The notes under the pieces are model-generated. The model worked only from the letters and a program-made list of their open reading frames with translations, searched no databases and was not told where the DNA came from. This document shows, piece after piece, positions 54,301-64,000 of a DNA stretch of 64,000 nt (its first letter is position 1; each line of letters begins with the position of its first letter). The stretch lies in assembly GCA_964016885.1 (NCBI GenBank), contig OZ024752.1:21762001-21826000 (forward strand), read 5' to 3'. The stretch is from Eledone cirrhosa. Lineage: Eukaryota. Made by a program: the position numbers and the translations under genes.

Positions 54301-57300
54301 GTGGTGTGAGGTTTTGTGTATGTGTAACTAAAACATAGTCTATTGGTCAATGAGGGTGGTGTGAGGTGTTGTGTATATGTAACTAAAACATGGTCTATTG
54401 GTCAATGAGAATGGTCTGAGGTGTTGTGTATATGTAACTAAAACATGATCTATTGGTCAATGAGAGTGGTGTGAGGTGTTGTGTATATGTAAATAAAACA
54501 TGGTCTATTGGTCAATGAGATTGGTGTGTGGTGTTGTGTATATGTAACTAAAACATGATCTATTGGTCAATGAAAGTGGTGTGAGGTGTTGTGTATATGT
54601 AACTAAAGAATAGTCTATTGGTCAATGAGAGTGGTGTGAGGTGTTGTGTATATGTAACTAAAACATGGTCTATTAGTCAATGAGAATGGTGTGAGGTGTT
54701 GTGTATATGTAACTAAAACATGATCTATTGGTCAATGAAAGTGGTGTGAGGTGTTGTGTATATGTAACTAAAACATGGTCTATTGGTCAATGAGAATGGT
54801 CTGAGGTGTTGTCTATATGTAACTAAAACATGATCTATTGGTCAATGGAAGTGGTGTGAGGTGTTGTGTATATGTAACTAAAACATTATCTATTGGTCAA
54901 TGAGAGTGGTGTGAGGTGTTGTGTATATGTAACTAAAACATGATCTATTGGTCAATGGGAGTGGTGTGAGGTGTTGTGTATATGTAACTAAAACATGGTC
55001 TATTGGTCAATGAGAGTGGTGTGAGGTGTTGTGTATATGTAACTAAAACATGGTCTATTGGTCAATGAGAATGGTGTGAGGTGTTGTGTATATGTAACTA
55101 AAACATGATCTATTGGTCAATGAGACTGGTCTGAGGTGTTGTGTATATGTAATTAAAAAATGTTTATTGGTCAATGAGAATGGTGTGAGGTGTTGTGTAT
55201 ATGTAACTAAAACATGATCTATTGGTCAATGAGAGTGGTGTGAGGTGTTGGGTATATGTAACTAAAACATTGTCTATTGGTCAATGAGGGTGGTGTGAGG
55301 TGTTGTGTATATGTAACTAAAACATGTTCTATTGGTCAATGACATTGGTGTGAGGTGTTGTGTATATGTAAATAAAACATGGTCTATTGGTCAATGAGAG
55401 TGGTGTGAGGTGTTGTGTATATGTAACTAAAACATGGTCTATTGGTCAATCAGAATATTGTGAGGTGTTGTGTATATGTAACTAAAACATGGTCTATTGG
55501 TCAATGAGAATGGTGTGAGGTGTTGTGTATATGTAACTAAAACATGATCTATTGTTCAATGAGACTGGTCTGAGGTGTTGTGTATATGTAATTAAAAAAT
55601 GTTTATTGGTCAATGAGAATGGTGTGAGGTGTTGTGTATATGTAACTAAAACATGTTCTATTGGTCAATGACATTGGTGTGAGGTGTTGTGTATATGTAA
55701 CTAAAACATGGTGTATTGGTCAATGGGAGTGGTGTGAGGTGTTGTGTATATGTAACTAAAACATGGTCTATTGGTCAATGAGAATGGTGTGAGGTGTTGT
55801 GTATATGTAACTAAAACATGTTCTATGGGTCAATGAGAGTGGTGTGAGGTGTTGTGTATATGTAACTAAAACATGATCTATTGGTCAATGAGAGTGGTGT
55901 GAGGTGTTGTGTATATGTAACTAAAACATGGTGTATTGGTCAATGTGGGGGGTGTGAGGTGTTGTGTATATGTAACTAAAACATGGTCTATTGGTCAATG
56001 TGGGGGGTGTGAGGTGTTGTGTATATGTAACTAAAACATGGTCTATTGGTCAATGACAGTGGTGTGAGGTGTTGTGTATATGTAACTAAAACATAGTCTA
56101 TTGGTCAATGAGAGTGGTGTGAGGTGTTGTGTATATGTAACTAAAACATGGTCTATTGGTCAATGACAGTGGTGTGAGGTGTTGTGTATATGTAACTAAA
56201 ACATGGTCTATTGGTCAATGTGGGTGGTGTGAGGTGTTGTGTATGTGTAACTAAAACATGGTCTATTGGTCAATGAGAGTGGTGTGAGGTGTTGTGTATA
56301 TGTAACTAAAACATGATCTATTGGTCAATGGGATTGGTGTGAGGTGTTGTGTATATGTAAATTAAAACATGGTCTATTGGTCAATGAGGGTGGTGTGAGG
56401 TGTTGTGTATGTGTAACTAAAACATGGTCTATTGGTCAATGAGAATGGTGTGAGGTGTTGTGTATGTGTAACTAAAACATGGTCTATTGGTCAATGAGAG
56501 TGGTGTGTGGTGTTGTTTATGTGTAACTAAATCATTGTCTATTGGTCAATGAGAGTGGTGTGAGGTGTTGTCTATATGTAACTAAAACATGGTCTATTGG
56601 TCAATGGGGAATGGTGTGAGGTGTTGTGTATATGTAACTAAAACATGGTCTATTGGTCAATGAGAGTGGTGTGAGGTGCTGTGTATATGTAAGTAAAACA
56701 TGGTCTATTGGTCAATCAGAATATTGTGAGGTGTTGTGTATATGTAACTAAAACATGGTGTATTGGTCAATGAGGGTGGTGTGAGGTGTTGTGTATATGT
56801 AACTAAAACATGTTCTATTGGTCAATGACATTGGTGTGAGGTGTTGTGTATATGTAACTAAAACATGGTCTATTGGACAATGAGAATGGTGTGAGGTGTT
56901 GTGTATGTGTAACCAAAACATGGTCTATTGGTCAATGCAAGTGGTGTGAGGTGTTGTGTATATGTAACTAAAACATGGTCTATTGGTCAATGTGGGGGGT
57001 GTGAGGTGTTGTGTATATGTAACTAAAACATGGTGTATTGGTCAATGAGGGTGGTGTGAGGTGTTGTGTATATGTAACTAAAACATGTTCTATTGGTCAA
57101 TGACATTGGTGTGAGGTGTTGTGAATATGTAACTAAAACATGGTCTATTGGTCAATGAGAATGGTGTGAGGTGTTGTGTATATGTAACTAAAACATGGTC
57201 TATTGGTCAATGAGTGTGGTGTGAGGTGTTGTGTATATGTAACTAAAACATGCTCTATTGGTCATTGAGAGTGGTGTGGGGTGTTGTGTTTATGTAACTA

Positions 57301-60300
57301 AAACATGGTCTATTGGTCAATGAGTGTGGTGTGAGGTTTTGTGTATGTGTAACTAAAACATGGTTTATTGGTCAATGAGGGTGGTGTGAGGTGTTGTGTA
57401 TATGTAACTAAAACATGGTCTATTGGTCAATGAGAGTGGTGTGAGGTGTTGTGTATATGTAACTAAAACATGGTCTATTGGTCAATGAGAGTGGTGTCAG
57501 GTGTTGTGTATATGTAACTAAAACATGGTCTATTTGTCAATGAGGGTGGTGTGAGGTGTTGTGTATATGTAACTAAAACATGGTCTATAGGTCAATGAGT
57601 GTGGTGTGAGGTTTTGTGTATGTGTAACTAAAACATGGTCTATTGGTCAATGAGGGTGGTGTGAGGTGTTGTGTATATGTAACTAAAACATGGTCTATTG
57701 GTCAATGAGTGTGGTGTGAGGTTTTGTGTATGTGTAACTAAAACATGGTCTATTGGTAAATGAGGGTGGTGTGAGGTGTTGTGTATATGTAACTAAAGCA
57801 TGGTCTATTGGTCAATGTGAGTGGTGTGAGGTGTTGTGTATATGTAACTAAAACATGGTCTATTGGTCAATGAGAGTGGTGTGAGGTGCTGTGTATATGT
57901 AACTAAAACATGATCTATTGGTCAATGAGTGTGGTGTGAGGTTTTGTGTATGTGTAACTAAAACATGGTCTATTGGTCAATGAGAGTGGTGTCAGGTGTT
58001 GTGTATATGTAACTAAAACATGGTCTATTGGTGAATGAGTGTGGTGTGAGGTGTTGTGTATATGTAACTAAAACATGGTCTATTGGTCAATGGGAGTGGT
58101 GTGAGGTGTTGTGTATATGTAACTAAAACATGGTCTATTGGTCAATGAGGGTGGTGTGAGGTGTTGTGTATGTGTAACTAAAACCTGGTCTATTGGTCAA
58201 TGAGGGTGGTGTGAGGTGTTGTGTATGTGTAACTAAAACATGGTCTATTGGTCAATGAGAGTGGTGTGAGGTGTTGTGTATGTGTAACTAAAACATGGTC
58301 TATTGGTCAATGACAGTGGTGTGAGGTGTTGTGTATATGTAACTAAAACCTGGTCTATTGGTCAATGAGAGTGGTGTGAGGTGTTGTGTATGTGTAACTA
58401 AAACATGGTCTATTGGTCAATGAGGGTGGTGTGAGGTTTTGTGTATGTGTAACTAAAACATGGTCTATTGGTCAATGACAGTGGTGTGAGGTGTTGTGTA
58501 TATGTAACTAAAACCTGGTCTATTGGTCAATGAGAGTGGTGTGAGGTGTTGTGTATGTGTAACTAAAACCTGGTCTATTGGTCAATGAGGGTGGTGTGAG
58601 GTGTTGTGTATGTGTAACTAAAACATGGTCTATTGGTCAATGAGGGTGGTGTGAGGTGTTGTGTATGTATAACTAAAACATGGTCTATTGGTCAATGACA
58701 GTGGTGTGAGGTGTTGTGTATGTGTAACTAAAACATGGTCTATTGGTCAATGAGGGTGGTGTGAGGTGTTGTGTATGTGTAACTAAAACATGATCTATTG
58801 GTCAATGAGAGTGGTGTGAGGTGTTGTGTATATGTAACTAAAACATGGTCTATTGGTCAATGAGTGTGGTGTGAGGTGTTGTGTATGTGTAACTAAAACA
58901 TGTTCTGTTGGTCAATGAGGGTGGTGTGAGGTGTTGTGTATATGTAACTAAAACATGGTCTATTGGTCAATGAGGGTGGTGTGAGGTGTTGTGTATATGT
59001 AACTAAAACATGGTCTATTGGTCAATGGGATTGGTGTGAGGTGTTGTGTATGTGTAACTAAAACATGGTCTATTGGTCAATGAGGGTGGTGTGAGGTGTT
59101 GTGTATATGTAACTAAAACATGGTCTATTGGTCAATGAGGGTGGTGTGAGGTGTTGTGTATATGTAACTGAAACATGGTCTATTGGTCAATGAGGGTGGT
59201 GTGAGGTGTTGTGTATATGTAACTAAAACATGGTCTATTGGTCAATGAGGGTGGTGTGAGGTGTTGTGTATATGTAACTGAAACATGGTTTATTGGTCAA
59301 TGAGAGTGGTGTGAGGTGTTGTGTATATGTAACTAAAACATGGTCTATTGGTCAATGAGGGTGGTGTGAGGTGTTGTGTATGTGTAACTAAAACATGGTC
59401 TATTGGTCAATGAGAATGGTGTGAGGTGTTGTGTATATGTAACTAAAACATGGTCTATTGGTCAATGAAGGTGGTGTGAGGTGTTGTGTATATGTAACTT
59501 AAACATGGTCTATTGGTCAATGAGGGTGGTGTGAGGTGTTGTGTATATGTAACTAAAACATGGTCTATTGGTCAATGGGGGTGGTGTGAGGTGTTGTGTA
59601 TATGTAACTAAAACATTGTCTATTGGTCAATGACAGTGGTGTGAGGTGTTGTGTATATGTAACTAAAACATGGTCTATTGGTCAATGAGAATGGTGTGAG
59701 GTGTTGTGTATGTGTAACTAAATCATTGTCTATTGGTCAATGAGAGTGGTGTGAGGTGTTGTCTATATGTAACTAAAACATGCTCTATTGGTCAATGAGG
59801 GTGGTGTGAGGTGTTGTGTATGTGTAACTAAAACATGGTCTATTGGTCAATGAGAATGGTGTGAGGTGTTGTGTATATGTAACTAAAACATGCTCTATTG
59901 GTCAATGAGGGTGGTGTGAGGTGTTGTGTATGTGTAACTAAAACATGGTCTATTGGTCAATGACAGTGGTGTGAGGTGTTGTGTATATGTAACTAAAACA
60001 TGCTCTATTGGTCAATGAGGGTGGTGTGAGGTGTTGTGTATATGTAACTAAAACATTGTCTATTGGTCAATGAGAGTGGTGTGAGGTGTTGTGTATGTGT
60101 AACTAAATCATTGTCTATTGGTCAATGAGAGTGGTGTGAGGTGTTGTCTATATGTAACTAAAACATGGTCTATTGGTCAATGAGAGTGGTGTGTGGTGTT
60201 GTGTATATGTAAGTAAAACATGGTCTATTGGTCAATGAGTGTGGTGTGAGGTGTTGTGTATGTGTAACTAAATCATTGTCTATTGGTCAATGAGAGTGGT

Positions 60301-63300
60301 GTGTGGTGTTGTGTATATGTAAGTAAAACATGGTCTATTGGTCAATCAGAATATTGTGAGGTGTTGTGTATATGTAACTAAAACATGGTGTATTGGTCAA
60401 TGAGGGTGGTGTGAGGTGTTGTGTATATGTAACTAAAACATGTTCTATTGGTCAATGACATTGGTGTGAGGTGTTGTGTATATGTAACTAAAACATGGTC
60501 TATTGGTCAATGAGAATGGTGTGAGGTGTTGTGTATGTGTAAGTAAAATATGGTCTATTGGTCAATGCGAGTGGTGTGAGGTGTTGTGTATATTTAACTA
60601 AAACATGGTCTATTTGTCAATGAGGGTGGTGTGAGGTGTTGTGTATATGTAACTAAAACATGGTCTATTGGTCAATGAGAGTGGTGTGAGGTGTTGTGTA
60701 TATGTAACTAAAACATGGTCTATTGGTCAATGAGAGTGGTGTCAGGTGTTGTGTATATGTAACTAAAACATGGTCTATTTGTCAATGAGGGTGGTGTGAG
60801 GTGTTGTGTATATGTAACTAAAACATGGTCTATTGGTCAATGAGTGTGGTGTGAAGTTTTGTGTATGTGTAACTAAAACATGGTCTATTGGTCAATGAGG
60901 GTGGTGTGAGGTGTTGTGTATATGTAACTAAAACATGGTCTATTGGTCAATGAGTGTGGTGTGAGGTTTTGTGTATGTGTAACTAAAACATGGTCTATTG
61001 GTAAATGAGGGTGGTGTGAGGTGTTGTGTATATGTAACTAAAGCATGGTCTATTGGTCAATGTGAGTGGTGTGAGGTGTTGTGTATATGTAACTAAAACA
61101 TGGTCTATTGGTCAATGAGAGTGGTGTGAGGTGCTGTGTATATGTAACTAAAACATGGTCTATTGGTCAATGAGTGTGGTGTGAGGTTTTGTGTATGTGT
61201 AACTAAAACATGGTCTATTGGTCAATGAGGGTGGTGTGAGGTGTTGTGTATATGTAACTAAAACATGGTCTATTGGTCAATGAGAGTGGTGTCAGGTGTT
61301 GTGTATATGTAACTAAAACATGGTCTATTGGTCAATGAGTGTGGTGTGAGGTGTTGTGTATATGTAACTAAAACATGGCCTATTGGTCAATGGGAGTGGT
61401 GTGAGGTGTTGTGTATATGTAACTAAAACATGGTCTATTGGTCAATGAGGGTGGTGTGAGGTGTTGTGTATGTGTAACTAAAACCTGGTCTATTGGTCAA
61501 TGAGGGTGGTGTGAGGTGTTGTGTATGTGTAACTAAAACATGGTCTATTGGTCAATGAGGGTGGTGTGAGGTGTTGTGTATGTGTAACTAAAACATGGTC
61601 TATTGGTCAATGACAGTGGTGTGAGGTGTTGTGTATATGTAACTAAAACCTGGTCTATTGGTCAATGAGAGTGGTGTGAGGTGTTGTGTATGTGTGACTA
61701 AAACATGGTCTATTGGTCAATGAGGGTGGTGTGAGGTTTTGTGTATGTGTAACTAAAACATGGTCTATTGGTCAATGACAGTGGTGTGAGGTGTTGTGTA
61801 TATGTAACTAAAACCTGGTCTATTGGTCAATGAGAGTGGTGTGAGGTGTTGTGTATGTGTAACTAAAACCTGGTCTATTGGTCAATGAGGGTGGTGTGAG
61901 GTGTTGTGTATGTGTAACTAAAACCTGGTCTATTGGTCAATGAGTGTGGTGTGAGGTGTTGTGTATATGTAACTAAAACATGGTCTATTGGTCAATGACA
62001 GTGGTGTGAGGTGTTGTGTATATGTAACTAAAACCTGGTCTATTGGTCAATGAGAGTGGTGTGAGGTGTTGTGTATGTGTAACTAAAACCTGGTCTATTG
62101 GTCAATGAGGGTGGTGTGAGGTGTTGTGTATGTGTAACTAAAACATGGTCTATTGGTCAATGAGGGTGGTGTGAGGTGTTGTGTATGTGTAACTAAAACA
62201 TGGTCTATTGGTCAATGACAGTGGTGTGAGGTGTTGTGTATGTGTAACTAAAACATGGTCTATTGGTCAATGAGGGTGGTGTGAGGTGTTGTGTATGTGT
62301 AACTAAAACATGATCTATTGGTCAATGAGAGTGGTGTGAGGTGTTGTGTATATGTAACTAAAACATGGTCTATTGGTCAATGAGTGTGGTGTGAGGTGTT
62401 GTGTATGTGTAACTAAAACATGTTCTGTTGGTCAATGAGGGTGGTGTGAGGTGTTGTGTATATGTAACTAAAACATGGTCTATTGGTCAATGAGGGTGGT
62501 GTGAGGTGTTGTGTATATGTAACTAAAACATGGTCTATTGGTCAATGGGATTGGTGTGAGGTGTTGTGTATGTGTAACTAAAACATGGTCTATTGGTCAA
62601 TGAGGGTGGTGTGAGGTGTTGTGTATATGTAACTAAAACATGGTCTATTGGTCAATGAGGGTGGTGTGAGGTGTTGTGTATATGTAACTGAAACATGGTC
62701 TATTGGTCAATGAGGGTGGTGTGAGGTGTTGTGTATATGTAACTAAAACATGGTCTATTGGTCAATGAGGGTGGTGTGAGGTGTTGTGTATATGTAACTG
62801 AAACATGGTTTATTGGTCAATGAGAGTGGTGTGAGGTGTTGTGTATATGTAACTAAAACATGGTCTATTGGTCAATGAGGGTGGTGTGAGGTGTTGTGTA
62901 TGTGTAACTAAAACATGGTCTATTGGTCAATGAGAATGGTGTGAGGTGTTGTGTATATGTAACTAAAACATGGTCTATTGGTCAATGAAGGTGGTGTGAG
63001 GTGTTGTGTATATGTAACTTAAACATGGTCTATTGGTCAATGAGGGTGGTGTGAGGTGTTGTGTATATGTAACTAAAACATGGTCTATTGGTCAATGGGG
63101 GTGGTGTGAGGTGTTGTGTATATGTAACTAAAACATTGTCTATTGGTCAATGACAGTGGTGTGAGGTGTTGTGTATATGTAACTAAAACATGGTCTATTG
63201 GTCAATGAGAATGGTGTGAGGTGTTGTGTATGTGTAACTAAATCATTGTCTATTGGTCAATGAGAGTGGTGTGAGGTGTTGTCTATATGTAACTAAAACA

Positions 63301-64000
63301 TGCTCTATTGGTCAATGAGGGTGGTGTGAGGTGTTGTGTATGTGTAACTAAAACATGTTCTATTGGTCAATGACAGTGGTGTGAGGTGTTGTGTATATGT
63401 AACTAAAACATGCTCTATTGGTCAATGAGGGTGGTGTGAGGTGTTGTGTATATGTAACTAAAACATTGTCTATTGGTCAATGAGAGTGGTGTGAGGTGTT
63501 GTGTATGTGTAACTAAATCATTGTCTATTGGTCAATGAGAGTGGTGTGAGGTGTTGTCTATATGTAACTAAAACATGGTCTATTGGTCAATGAGAGTGGT
63601 GTGAGGTGTTGTGTATGTGTAACTAAAACCTGGTCTATTGGTCAATGAGGGTGGTGTGAGGTGTTGTGTATGTGTAACTAAAACCTGGTCTATTGGTCAA
63701 TGAGTGTGGTGTGAGGTGTTGTGTATATGTAACTAAAACATGGTCTATTGGTCAATGACAGTGGTGTGAGGTGTTGTGTATATGTAACTAAAACCTGGTC
63801 TATTGGTCAATGAGAGTGGTGTGAGGTGTTGTGTATGTGTAACTAAAACCTGGTCTATTGGTCAATGAGGGTGGTGTGAGGTGTTGTGTATGTGTAACTA
63901 AAACATGGTCTATTGGTCAATGAGGGTGGTGTGAGGTGTTGTGTATGTGTAACTAAAACATGGTCTATTGGTCAATGACAGTGGTGTGAGGTGTTGTGTA
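33308..64000. repeat. 55-bp satellite array (~560 copies in window), consensus ATATGTAACTAAAACATGGTCTATTGGTCAATGAGAGTGGTGTGAGGTGTTGTGT; runs off the right edge
   Basis: atatgtaact recurs at 33311, 33366, 33421 and onward (period 55) to the end of the window. Confidence 0.99.

Noticed and set aside
33308-64000. CRISPR-like array (constant repeat plus variable part)
   Set aside because: The variable part is only ~5 bp drawn from a few related variants rather than unique spacers. There are no cas genes and the context is eukaryotic.

Overview
Eukaryotic, repeat-dominated window. The SINE, RTE and Penelope-type repeats suggest a mollusc, probably an octopus (inference, not verified). It has three parts. 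(1) 1-~23565 is a 17-bp, nearly G-free satellite (ACACCAACACTACTACA) with kb-scale higher-order duplications; all the T/Q/H/Y-rich ORFs there are artefacts of the repeat. (2) ~23570-33300 is a ~10-kb island. It holds the 3' end of a + strand gene made of four candidate micro-exons (36, 36, 22 and 23 nt) and a terminal exon, which splice in frame into a tail with three PPxY motifs. One intron carries a 3.4-kb near-palindrome: two 1573-bp inverted arms around a 245-bp spacer, built from a defective Penelope-like retroelement (RT with YVDD, GIY-YIG endonuclease, hammerhead-like motif). The island also has SINE, RTE-LINE and MITE remnants, a separate minimal-hammerhead relic and a 48-bp tandem repeat. 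(3) ~33308-64000 is a 55-bp satellite that starts just after the gene's poly(A) signals and shows nested segmental duplications (e.g. 6383 bp). No prokaryotic features, CRISPR arrays, rRNA or tRNA genes are supported.
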